DNA of 64,000 nt from Chrysomallon squamiferum (Eukaryota > Animalia > Mollusca). The stretch is taken from assembly GCA_012295275.1 (NCBI GenBank), contig CM022677.1, forward strand, positions 23,808,001 to 23,872,000, given 5' to 3'. The notes under the pieces were generated by a model that was not told where the DNA came from, did not search any database, and was given only the letters and a program-made list of their open reading frames with translations. A program made the translations under genes and the position numbers. Positions 1 through 23,067 of this stretch are shown piece by piece (position 1 is the first letter of the stretch; each line of letters begins with the position of its first letter).

Positions 1-16
1 ATGTTCATATCTTTAC

Positions 17-3257
<3,241 letters not shown>

Positions 3258-3324
3258 GATGTTGTTTTTTTTCTGAAGAAGAAAGAATACAAATATAATT
3301 AAATAAATAAATAAATAAAAGATA

Positions 3325-3370
<46 letters not shown>

Positions 3371-3432
3371 TTAATAGCTGTCGTTACTCACTCGAAATTG
3401 TTGTGGACTGAATTTTTGTTTTCTAGGTCTCT

Positions 3433-3440
3433 TGACGTCA
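3433..3440. promoter_or_regulatory. CRE palindrome TGACGTCA upstream of gene A (between divergent genes A and B)
   Basis: Exact consensus match; function inferred. Confidence 0.4.
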
Positions 3441-4009
3441 AATGTGATACGTCATACATTAGCGACTGCAGAAATGTTACTACCAAAACATATCAACATG
3501 AAACACGCGCATCATTGATCATGTGTCGTCTACTCGGTCACAGAGATAACACAAAAATTAAGCGTAAAATTATTATATTCAGAATTAAATAAGATGAATA
3601 TTAAGCATAAAATGAAAAGTTAATATGAACTTTTGACTGAAACATTTACTTCAAACAAGAATTTTTTTTTTTTTTTTTTGGTCTCTCTCTCAGTCCTGAA
3701 AATCCAAATCGAGGCTCTGCTCTTTATTCAGTTTGCAGACGTTCATCAACTCAGAGATCACAAACAAGCAGTGTATTTATTTTCGTATCATTTTATTTTC
3801 TATTGTTAGATGAAAAGAACGAAATTCTTTGGGTGATTTATTCTGGCAATATTTTCATTTTACTGAATTTCTTTTATAGTTCTTTTCTACGGTATTTCGT
3901 TATGATTATTATTATGGCTCAGTTTATGCAGCATTGCAGGCCTAACAATTAAAAGCAGTATGCTTGCAGTCATAAATTATAAATAGTTATACATTTTAAA
4001 ATCCGAAAA

Positions 4010-4051
<42 letters not shown>

Positions 4052-4346
4052 ATGACTGACAAGAGACAAGTTTTTAGAAATTTTGATTGGACGTCACTAA
4101 CCCGGCAATCTTGGAGAGATGCTGAATTTTCAGAACCCGTGACTCTTATGATAAAAATGTAACAGAACAATGCACATTGCTATACCTTTGTTGACATTTA
4201 TATACTTAAATGGATTAAGTTACACTGGCATAGACCTAGACCCGGCTTGTAAGACGTTTTTCTTACGACAAAAAGTTAGTCCTACCATTCTTGTTACTTG
4301 TACAATTTTATAAGTGTTAATCTCATATGTCAAAAAAAAAAAAAAA

Positions 4347-4377
<31 letters not shown>

Positions 4378-4856
4378 TAATAATAAATAAATAAATAAAT
4401 AAATTAAAAAAAAATAAAAATTAAAAATAAAAATAAATAAATAAATAAGTTATCAAAAAATAATACGGGGCGCTGGTAGTGAAGTAGCTGGTCCAGCAAA
4501 GTCCAAGCGAACTAATGACCACCGTCCCGGATTACAGAAACTTCTGGACATATCAAATAATTAGGTACAATCTGGTAACACTGGGTGATCGTTTAATTGT
4601 GATAATTATTCCTTGAGTACCAGTCCACCGCTTAGAATAACTTGTCTTTAATTAATACGTTTAGTTTTTATGTTTTAACTATTTCCAGAATATATAAAGT
4701 TAAAACATAATAACAGTAATGATAATGATAGTAATAACAAAAACAACAACAACAATAAGTAGACCTATTAAAAATATAAATGATAAAAAATATAAAAAAT
4801 AATCTTATCAAAAAATAATAATAACAAAGAAATCACCTAGAAATAATTATACAAAT

Positions 4857-4898
<42 letters not shown>

Positions 4899-4982
4899 TT
4901 ACTTATTTATTTATTTATTTACCCTTTTTTTTAATTGCTCTAATTCCATTTCTTCCTTTTTTCTTTCTTTTTGTCTTCAGAT

Positions 4983-12474
<7,492 letters not shown>

Positions 12475-12729
12475 GTTGACTATGTATATTTATGTATATC
12501 TAATAGTCAGAAATTCATAAAAAAAACGTTCTGTTTTAGACTTTGTCTATATATGTAAATTTATGAAATATCTAATAGTAGTCATGACACCTGCATAGAA
12601 TTATTTTTGTTTGATAAAATGTATGTGTTTGTGCATATATGAAATTAAATGCCGTTTGTATAATTTGTTTGTCAGTGTGTGTGTGTGTTTTGTGTTTGTG
12701 TATTGCAGATGAGTGTATTTATATTTATA

Positions 12730-12957
12730 CAGGGTGGCCCAGATGTAACCAACCGAAAAGCTAAAAAATCACTGATTTATTACTATCCGGCTATGTGCAA
12801 AAAACTAACTGAATCAACCATTAAACGATGTCATCACTGTATTACAAATAATGGTTTGCATTTTGAACATTTGCTGTAACTATATGAAATCAAATTTGTT
12901 TCATTTAACTGTAACTTTTCATAACAATTCAGGTTCGGTTACATCTGGGCCACCCTG
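12730..12957. mobile_element. Tc1/mariner-type MITE (228 bp)
   Basis: Perfect 21-bp TIR CAGGGTGGCCCAGATGTAACC at both ends, flanked by TA on both sides. Confidence 0.9.
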
Positions 12958-13251
12958 TATACAGAAATATAAACGCATACTCACATTTAGATACACAGTG
13001 ACTTTCGCACTGATAACTATTAAAGAGGTACTGATGCGTATACTTGCATACAGAGATACACACGTATATACACCTATATTAATATTATTTGTAACTTGTC
13101 TTTGAAATGTGTCTAAGTTTAATTTTTGAATTTATAGGTCTTAGATGTTAGGTAATTATTACAAATGTTCATTTATCTAGTTTTCAAAGGATGAATTACA
13201 TTACTGGAAAATCTATCTTGTACCGTTTTTGTTTCTGTCTGTCTGTCTGTC

Positions 13252-13348
<97 letters not shown>

Positions 13349-14210
13349 AACACTGATAATTGCATTTGTGAATAACATGTATCTATAATTAGTTCCCGTC
13401 CCTTAAATAAATAAATAAATAAATAAATTTTTCACTCTTACGTTTTTACTTTACTACGCCATATAAGACTGAAAGATAAAAATGCAGTTCATTTATGGTC
13501 AGCTCAGATTAGCGACAAAATGTCGAACACTCAAACTGTTTGTCTGCAAGAAAAGTTCACAAGTGTCCTGTTTAAATGGATAGAAAATGATTTTCGACTA
13601 CATCCTGAAACAGCAAAATTAACTCTCATTTGACAAGAGTTTAGAATCGAGAATCATGAAAAAAACGAAAAGCATGTCCATTCTTAACTGAAATAAATTT
13701 TCTGAATGCATTGGTGAGTCTGTGCATTTTCACAGTCTTAGCTCTCAAATAAAGCTCGTCTTTAATAAAAAATAAAAATAAAAAAAAATAAGAAGGAAAA
13801 AAAGAAGAAATAAAATAAATAAAACAAACAAACAAACAAACAAAGGTCCCAAAAAGTGGATGTTTCCGTTGAACAGCTCATATATCGGATATAATCCGTT
13901 TTGTATCTAACTGGATATTATCCGTTTTATGCTCGTATATTATGTGGAATACAGAGGTTATTGGAATATTCTCTATTTAATACCGGTAAAATGTTTGTTT
14001 ATTTAAAAGCAATTATTTGACTTGTATATTTCTCACGGCATTTTGTACTTGGTGTTAAAGCTTGTGTTGTGCATGTGTTCTAATTAAACTGACTGGAGGT
14101 AAATATGTATAGTCTTCTTATTTAAAATAAGAAACACACACACCATATACACGTGTACACCCAGCATATACGTGTATATGTCTGTGTGTGTGTGTTGTTT
14201 TATTCTGTTA

Positions 14211-14242
<32 letters not shown>

Positions 14243-14491
14243 ATTATAATTATTATTACATTGCATTTATATATACACTAAAGGTGTTTGCTATCTGCTA
14301 TATATTTCATTTATTTATTTATTTATTATTTATTATTTTTATGTATTTATTTATTTATTTTATTATTCTTTTTCTTTTGTCGAGTTTCTAAAACAATCAG
14401 GGTTAATAACACGATAAAATGGAAAGAGTTATTCCCCTTAGACAATTATTAGTAGTTTCGTATCAGCGGCACGAACAACCACAAGAAGCAG

Positions 14492-14499
14492 TGACGTCA
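14492..14499. promoter_or_regulatory. CRE palindrome TGACGTCA upstream of gene C
   Basis: Exact match about 1.0 kb before the ATG. Confidence 0.45.
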
Positions 14500-14784
14500 T
14501 CCTGATAACAGTTACATTATTACTGTACGTAAATAGTAGGCTGAATAACTAAATCATTTTTTATATATATTTTGTTTTAAAACAAATAATTTGGTACTGA
14601 AATCTTGCCATTGGCGATATTAGTCTGGCCCTCATAATTGTGTCAGTTGAGTCATATTGATGACGCAATGGAAATGACATCATAAAATCGTTTGTTTACA
14701 TACCAAATGGACGCCATTATCGTTAACATCAAATCGCCAGTCACTGGTGACAGATTTAAATTCAGATCGATAGATGTGTGGAAC

Positions 14785-15075
14785 AAACATCTTAAAATAT
14801 AGGTAAATATATTATAAACATTTCCCAAATTCATTCAGTTCATAATAACTGTATCAAAATGACGTTAATTTACTTTCAAGCGTTTGTGAAAGTTTGTTGT
14901 TGTTGTTGTTGTTGTTGTTATTATTATTATTATTATTAGTAGTAGTATTATTGGAGCAAACATCTTAAAATATAGGTAAATATATTGTAAAAATTTCCAA
15001 AATTCATTCAGTTCATAATAACTGTATCAAAATGACGTTAATTTACTTTCAGGCGCTTGTGAAAGTTTGTTGTTG
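14785..15075. repeat. ~170-bp tandem duplication
   Basis: aaacatcttaaaatataggtaaatatatt...gtgaaagtttgttg occurs twice. Confidence 0.75.
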
Positions 15076-15534
15076 TTGTTGTTGTTGTTATTATTATTAT
15101 TATTATTATTATTAGTAGTAGTAGTAGTAGTAGTAGTAGTTGTGGTTGTTGTTGTAGTAAGTTTATAATAAATACATGCTTCAACTAAACAAATTCTATG
15201 CATCGAATATACCGTAAACAACACAAATATGCACACTTATACAAGCATTTAGAAGCATGCGTGCACACACACACACTAATGTACAATTCTTTGGAGGCGA
15301 ACAGCTCAGACGTGCATTTAATATATCACTGGATCTGCATCTTAGACATCTCTGAATCGTTTTCTGGCTAATCTTGCGTGTGTGGGGGGGGGGGAGGAGT
15401 GCGCGCGTGCATGCATGTGTGTATGTGTGTGTGTATTGATTTGCATTGCTTATGTGATATTTGTTATATTATTGTTGCGGTTTTTGTTAAAATTAAAACT
15501 GAATATTTGTTTCACTTCAGATTAGATTACCAGC

Positions 15535-15586
15535 ATGAGAAGGATTTTGTGTTTTTTCATCGTTCAAGACGCTCTTAGTATTTTTG
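15535..15586 (+). CDS. Gene C signal-peptide exon
   Basis: MRRILCFFIVQDALSIF, acceptor cttcag 14 nt upstream, donor gtttgt. Confidence 0.55.
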
Positions 15587-16559
15587 GTTTGTATTCCGAC
15601 ACACGTCACTTTTACAAACACAGACACGACCCACGTTTGTTCTCAACTGAAACCGCTTTGAGAATTAACACTATGTTAATTAACTATACCTCACAATCAG
15701 TGCATTAGTAGTAGTTATTCGTATTTAAGTCTTTCGTACAGATTCGAATGAACGTTCAGTTATTCCTGTCTGTTCCTTTTTAACTGCGTTGTTCTTTCTC
15801 ACATTGGTTAAATGTTTGATTGCAGTAAAATGTTTCTGGTATATTATAATTATTGTTACTCCTCTTATTGTTGTGTTTTGTTGTTGTTGTTGTTATTATT
15901 ATTATTAATTATTATTGTTGTTAATTGTTGTTGTTGTTGTTGTTGTTATTATTATTGTTGTTGTTATTATTGTTATTATTATTATTGTTGTTGTTGTTCT
16001 AGACACTGGACAGTGGACAAGCTGGACAAGACGATTTGTTGGTGAGTGTCCGGAGAACTGCCAAAGGTCACTAATGTACACACGAGGTTGTTCTGACAAA
16101 GCAGGGAGGTGCACAGGAATCAGTGAAATGATGTTTACAGAACAATGTCACGACGGCAAATGTATACAGAGTAAGTTAGCTATATAAATTATTACATATT
16201 TTCTTCTTCTTCTTCTTCTTCTTCTTGTTGTTTATTATTTTTATTACTGTTATATAAATTATTACATATTCTTTTTTATCATCATCATCATCATCATCTT
16301 CTTTTTAATTATTATTATTATTATAACTTCTTTCATTCATTCCTCTTCTTCTTCTTCTTCATTTTGTCTTCTTCTTCTATTGTTGTTATTTTTGTTGTTA
16401 TATAAATTATTACATATTCGTTTTTCATGATCATCATCATCATCATCATTATCATCAACATTATTAGTGAAAACTGGTTTTATGTATTTTTGTTATCTAA
16501 CCTGTGAATACAGAAGCTGTCAATAATAAAAATTAAATCAAAAGTCACCAACCCAGAAG

Positions 16560-16618
<59 letters not shown>

Positions 16619-19296
16619 ATAGATACACAGACTCGTATAAAGTGTTGATGACAGAAATGTCACTTTGTTTCAGACGGATGGACAGTATGGGAGAGAGTTT
16701 ACGCTGACACGTGTATGAAGACCTGTACTAGAAACGTCACGTTAGTCAGACGTTGCGTGACGTCACGAAACTCACGTAAACCACGTCACTGCCGTGGTAG
16801 TCGTAACGTGAACATTACGGAGCCTTGCATAGGAGAGAGATGTAGAGTAGGTAAAGACAACAGATAACCTAGAAATAAAAATAATAATAAAATAAAATTC
16901 ACTACAGATTTGTTAATCTGAAACTCTTTGTCAGTGATTTCTGAATCTTCCAGAATTCTTAATATATAAGGAGATGAATTTAGAATAAAATTTTGACTCC
17001 AAACTCGAAATGAACGTGCGTTTCATATACAGCTGTTTATTTTTTAATTTATTTATTTTTATTTTTATTTTCTGTTTTTAAACTATCAAAAACTATAATC
17101 AGTTGCTATTTTCGTGGTTTCGAAATGTTTTGTATTACATATGTAATAAAATAAAATAAAATAAAATAAATAAATAAGAATACCTAACAACTAACTAACT
17201 AACTAAATAAATAAATAAATCAGTTAAATAAATAAATAAATAAATACACTGTTTTCAGGATATATTTTATTATCACTGATGAATTTAAAAATCAGAGATT
17301 TTGATTTTCAGTGTAATACAGCTAGTTTCTTTTTTTTCACAGTATTTACGACTAAGTGAGTCATAAATAAATAATTAACCAACAAAACCGATTATGATGT
17401 CATAGGACTGAAAATAAACTAAACTAAAATAAATAAAAATAAAAAAAGAAAGAAAGAGGAAAGAAAGAAAGGAAAAATACATGAAAATGTAACAAGATTT
17501 CTTTCATTTGCAGTGAAAGTCACGTGGTCAGAATGGAATATTCAGTTTCTCGGTGAATGTCAAATGAGCTGCATGCGAAACGTGACCTATAATCGGCAAT
17601 GCATGTCGGTTACTAAGCAACGACAGGAAGCAAGTCTTTGCCGCGGGAAGGAAACAAAATCGACCATGGAGTCGTGTATGAGTGGCGCGTGCAGTGTGGG
17701 TAAGAACGGGAAAATTAGCGTATTGCGCTTTCTTTCGTAATGATCCTCATCACAATCACTAACTACTGCCTGCAGTGATTTTCTCTTCGTATTTTTATTT
17801 ATTTATTTGTTTATTTATGTACTTATTTATTTATTTATTTATTTATGTATTTATTTATTTATGTATTTAGTTATGTATTTATATTTTTTATTTAGTTTTA
17901 TTGTTCAACGATTTCAAAAGTTTCTGATAGGCAATACTATTACTACTACTACAACTACTACTACTACTACTATTACTACTGCTACTACTACTACTACAAC
18001 TACTACTACTACTACTACTACTGCTACTACTACTACCACTACTACTGCTACTAGTACTACTACTACTACAACAACTACTTCTACTACTTCTACTACTACT
18101 AATAATAATAATGAACATTATTTCTAACAAAAACGAAAACAACAATACAAACGAAGACAACAATTAATGAAATGACCTTTTCACATTCCCCTCCCTGCAG
18201 GTGGGTGGACCGCATGGGCGAGAACAGACGTGGGTTCATGTGGGAAAACGTGTGAAAGGGAGATAACTTTAAGGCGACTGTGTACAATAAATTACCGAGT
18301 AAGACTTAAGAAGGAATGTGTCGGATTCGAAACTCTAACCGAACTGGAAGCCTGTACGGGAGATAGTTGTACTTCTACTACTACAACTACTACAACTGCT
18401 GATACCACCGATGCTGCTGATGTTGCTTCTGTTACTAACATCACTGGTAATAATAGAGTTATATTCAGGTTTTAATTGCAGTTTTGCTTTAACAAATACT
18501 TACAAAAATAAAATTAAAATACCAGATCAGATTTAAACACCGAAATTTTAGCCAGATCGTTGACGGAACAAACGGAAATTAATCTCCAGCTGGTGTAACA
18601 CGAAGCTAAACAAAAAAACGTCTCCCATTGTTTTTCATATGAAATGAAATGTTAACAATTACCTCTAAACAAATAAATAACATAATCTTCAACTCAAATT
18701 AGAAATAAAGTGAAAACTCGATGACGAATGAAACTGAAGTTTACAAAGAAATGGAGTAATTTATCTTCTTCTTTTATCAAAATACTGAAAATATTAAAGT
18801 AGTTTCTGAGTATTCCATATTTTAATCATGAAAATCATCTATGCTGTTGCTTCTGCTGCTACTATTACAACATCAGCAACTGCTACTATTTACAACATCA
18901 ACAACTATTCCTACTGCTACCACTACTACTGCTGCTCTACTACAACTACTATTACTACATTTTTACTACAACTACCATTATGGGTACGACTACAAACACT
19001 AATACTTTTAACGCTACAACAACTATTACGACTGCTGCTACTACTGTTGCTGCTATTATTTGTTACTGCTAATATTACTATTAATACTACTCTAAAACAT
19101 TTACACTATTAAATTACTATTACTACTAACGATAAAACGTAGATACCTATATAAAATATAAATAACACAGTTCATGATCCTACACAATACTGTTACTTTT
19201 AATGTTCTGTCATTATTTATTAATTTATTATAATTATTACTATAATTATAGGTATTATTATTAAATTATTAGTATTATTTTTAGTAGTATTATTAC

Positions 19297-19328
<32 letters not shown>

Positions 19329-20022
19329 CTATTAGTATTATTATTATAATTGTTGCTATCATTACTATTATTATTATGATTATTATTACTACTATTACTA
19401 TTATTATAATAATAATAATTATTACTATTATTATTATTGTTGTTGTTGTTCTAGACAATGGACGGTTGGATTACACGGACAAGACGATTTCTCTTATTAT
19501 GATGATGATGATTATTTCATTTTGTTTTTAATTTTATTTATTTATTTATTTATTTACAAGATAAACACCACAACAACGTCAACGTCTCCGCAAAAGAGTC
19601 TCCTAATACACATTTGATTCCTCGTGTAGCTGCCGTCATCATTGGAACGTTCACGACGAAGACTACGAACAACACTTTGTCTAATCTCACCGTGCTGCGA
19701 AGCGAATGCGACGGAGAATACTGCTATGATGGTAATACTCTTAAGTGTTTGTGTGCGTCTGTGTGTGTGTATTTGTGAGTCTGTGTGTGTCTGTTGATGT
19801 ACGCATGCATCTTTGTTTATTATCTACATGATTTGAGCACAATTCTTCTTCTTCTTCTTCGTATTATTATTATTTTTATTATTGTTGTTGTTGTTGTTAT
19901 TATTGTTATTATTACACTTATTTTCAGAGGATGTTGGTCGTGTTTCTGCACGTGTTTTGTATATTCTGATTGGCGTCATTGCTACAGCACTTGTGATCAT
20001 CAACAGCCTTTTCTGGATGTAA
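15535..20022 (+). CDS. Gene C: signal peptide + 4 TSR + Thr-rich spacer + GPI-like hydrophobic tail (~364 aa)
   Basis: join(15535-15586,16003-16170,16674-16850,17514-17699,18201-18446,19561-19731,19928-20022); open frame, phase-1 introns. Confidence 0.78.
16003..16170 (+). CDS. Gene C TSR exon 1
   Basis: 168 bp, ttctag/gtaagt; GQWTSW..CPENC..RGC. Confidence 0.88.
16674..16850 (+). CDS. Gene C TSR exon 2
   Basis: 177 bp, tttcag/gtaaag; GWTVW..CMKTC..RRC..CIGERC; not in ORF track. Confidence 0.86.
17514..17699 (+). CDS. Gene C TSR exon 3
   Basis: 186 bp, ttgcag/gtaaga; TWSEW..CQMSC..RQC. Confidence 0.88.
18201..18446 (+). CDS. Gene C TSR exon 4 with Thr-rich extension
   Basis: 246 bp, cctgcag/gtaata; GGWTAW..CGKTC..CTGDSC then TSTTTTTTT. 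Confidence 0.85.
19561..19731 (+). CDS. Gene C spacer exon (DKHHNN...SECDGEYCYD)
   Basis: 171 bp, open phase 1-1, GC-richer than flanks, ends like a TSR C-terminus. Confidence 0.65.
19928..20022 (+). CDS. Gene C terminal exon (EDVGRVSARVLYILIGVIATALVIINSLFWM*)
   Basis: ttttcag acceptor; hydrophobic stretch runs to the stop with no cytoplasmic tail. Confidence 0.78.
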
Positions 20023-20043
20023 ATAATAGCTCTTAAACCTATA

Positions 20044-20095
<52 letters not shown>

Positions 20096-20147
20096 GTACA
20101 CGCACGCACGCACGCACGCACACATGCAGAGACAGATACGTATACAG

Positions 20148-20530
20148 TACGGCCCTGCGAATGTTAATTTTCCGATCGAATCGAATTTCGAATATCGAAC
20201 AGCCAAGCGTATCAGGTATCGAGTATAATAAAGCTCAAACAAAAGTGTAGATTATACAAGATTCAATTTTCAAAGTATTACTGAGATCAGTAAATGAAGT
20301 TAGAAAGACGATATAAACATAGTATTTTTTTTGATATTTGTTTTACTTACAAGGTTGAAGTTTAAATAACAAGCAGTTGTTTAGTCTGTTCTTCTTCCAG
20401 TTTATCCGTACAATATTCGAAATTCAGAATAAAAAAAAAAAAAAAAAAAATAAATCATATCGAATCGAATCGAAACTTCGCGAACGATTTCAAATCGAAT
20501 CGATTATTTGAAGCTTTGCAAAGTCCTGAT
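20148..20530. mobile_element. Possible degenerate non-autonomous DNA element with (TCGAA)n subterminal motifs
   Basis: Clusters of tcgaa/atcga near both ends; TIRs not clearly resolvable. Confidence 0.35.
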
Positions 20531-20729
20531 CTACACATACTTATATAGAGTGTAATTTTATTTATCAGGTTTCAAAGGCGAGCTGAGAGAAAGAAATACA
20601 ACTTCGCAGAGAAACTGAGGTATAGAAAAAACGAGCAGGCTGAAGATTCAGATTACTCGGCTGATTCGGAGTCCGAGGACGTTGAGAAAGAAGTGGACCA
20701 GAGGATATGATAGACAGAAGAATACAAAC

Positions 20730-20842
<113 letters not shown>

Positions 20843-21448
20843 GTCTGAAATCAACGCTTTATAAATGAACACTATACTCAAAATGTCTCGTTTTCAGGCT
20901 TTATTTTCACGTTTTAAATGTTTTATACATTAATATTCGATTAAAACTGAGAAAACGTTAAGTGAACAGTTTTTTAAGATTAAACTACAACAATTTACGT
21001 AACGTATTTTTCAATATATAATATTTTTATCTAATATTGTTATATTTAAACAGTTAACTATTATAAATAAAACTGTAATATATATTTAATAAAAGTAACA
21101 GTAAGAATAAAATATCAGTAAAATACAACAAAGATAATAACAATGACACGAACAGCAAAAATATAACAGCAACAGCAACACCGACAACAACAATAATACT
21201 ATAATAATAACATTAACACTATGATAATGTTTAACACCTATGGTAATTATTACGATGATCACAGTCGCTCTAAATAAAATGTTATTAGTTATGTTCATTA
21301 TGATGGATGTTGTTTTTCTTTATAATTTAATATACACATAAGTATATGTATTAAATATGTAGTGTAGAATTTATAAGTCAACTCAGATTCAAGAACCACT
21401 CCCCCCCCCGTTGTCGACCTTGAATTTGCTTTGTTTCTGAATGGAGAG

Positions 21449-21487
<39 letters not shown>

Positions 21488-22614
21488 TGTATGTATATAT
21501 ATAGATATGTGCGTACGTGTGTGCGTGTGTGTGTAATGTGGTATTTAATAATGATTATGATTTTAAATTATTATCTCAATGAAGATAAATACATTATCAC
21601 GTAACAAAGGCCTGTTATCATTTAAATACAACCAGGAAGATCACAGACAGTGTGATTAGACAGTTATTCTGACAGTACGTTGACGACTGAATTAACAGTG
21701 TAGATTAGATACATGTAGGTGAATATTAACATGTTCGAAAAGTCAAAATTAGTTTGAAGAAATATTAAACAATTCATTAACAACAATAGTAAATAGCAAT
21801 GCAATATAAACAACATTAGTAATAATATAACAATAACAGTATCAGTAACAACAGCAGCAAATAAATAATGATAATAAAAATCACGTGACCGTGGGTAGGC
21901 TTGCTTAAGAAACAATTAGTCCCGGATTTTATCGCGAGCACTTGAATGTCCTATACCATTGTTAAATACGAAAACATGTCAAAAGGTTTAGTTGATAGAT
22001 TTCTTTTGCTGATGCAAACAAGGTTTAAGTATATTGTTGATGTCCCAAGCTATATTTTGTTCATTTATCGCCATTTGAGCTTAATTAACAACGAAGTATA
22101 ACAAGAAGTTATTTTCTAGCGGTTTATTTATTTATTTATTTGTTTATTTATTTAATTATTATTATAATATATATATATATATTTTTTTAATTTAATGATG
22201 TTAAACCATATGATGACTATCGAAGATATCACGTGATATTAAATGGTGCTGTAAGCATCACAGATCTATGATATTATGTAGCATACATTCATGTAGTCTA
22301 AAACAAAACATGAGAAACGTAAGATTCTGAAAAATATGTTTTCGGCATTGTTAAATAAGCAACATTTTAAGAACGAATTTTTTTTTTTTTTCAAACAAAA
22401 AGAAATAAGATAATAATAATAATGATAATAATAATAATAATAATAACAACAACAATAACAATAATAATAATAACAATAATAATAAAAAACAGAATTTTTT
22501 TTTTTTTTTTTGAGAAAAGAAACAATTAGCTAACAATATACATTAAAGAAACCCATCCCTCTATTACCAATGCTCTAAGTAAAATACTTTTTCTTGCGCT
22601 TCTTGCAGTGTCAA

Positions 22615-22891
22615 CTAGAGCGGTTCTTCTATCGACATGAGGCTCTCGTCTCGGTTTATCGCAGTGTAGCCTGCTGTCGAACTCGGTTCCTTATCGTAGG
22701 CTGGGTTCTCGTAGTGCTTCGACACCCTTTTCAGCTTCTTCTCCACGTATCTCTTGTACTTCTCGAAGTCCCTGGTCTTCCTCTTCTTGTCCGGCTTGTA
22801 GAACTTGTACTCGTCCCCTTGATTGTTCTCTGAAACCTCGGCGAAAGTGAAAGCTGTTTTCTCAGCATCGATGTCTTCATGTACACATTGT
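22615..22891 (-). CDS. Gene G cytoplasmic-tail exon
   Basis: 277 bp phase-2 exon, RQCVHED...[11 protein letters not shown]...IEEPL*; GC-rich codons. Confidence 0.8.
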
Positions 22892-23023
22892 CTTAACAAA
22901 CAAAAAAACACAAAAAAGAACTGAAGATTTCAAAATAGAAAGGTAAGTGAACAATTGAAAAGACTTAGACATATACACATATATAAAAACATATAGATAC
23001 ATACACACATACACACATACATG

Positions 23024-23067
<44 letters not shown>

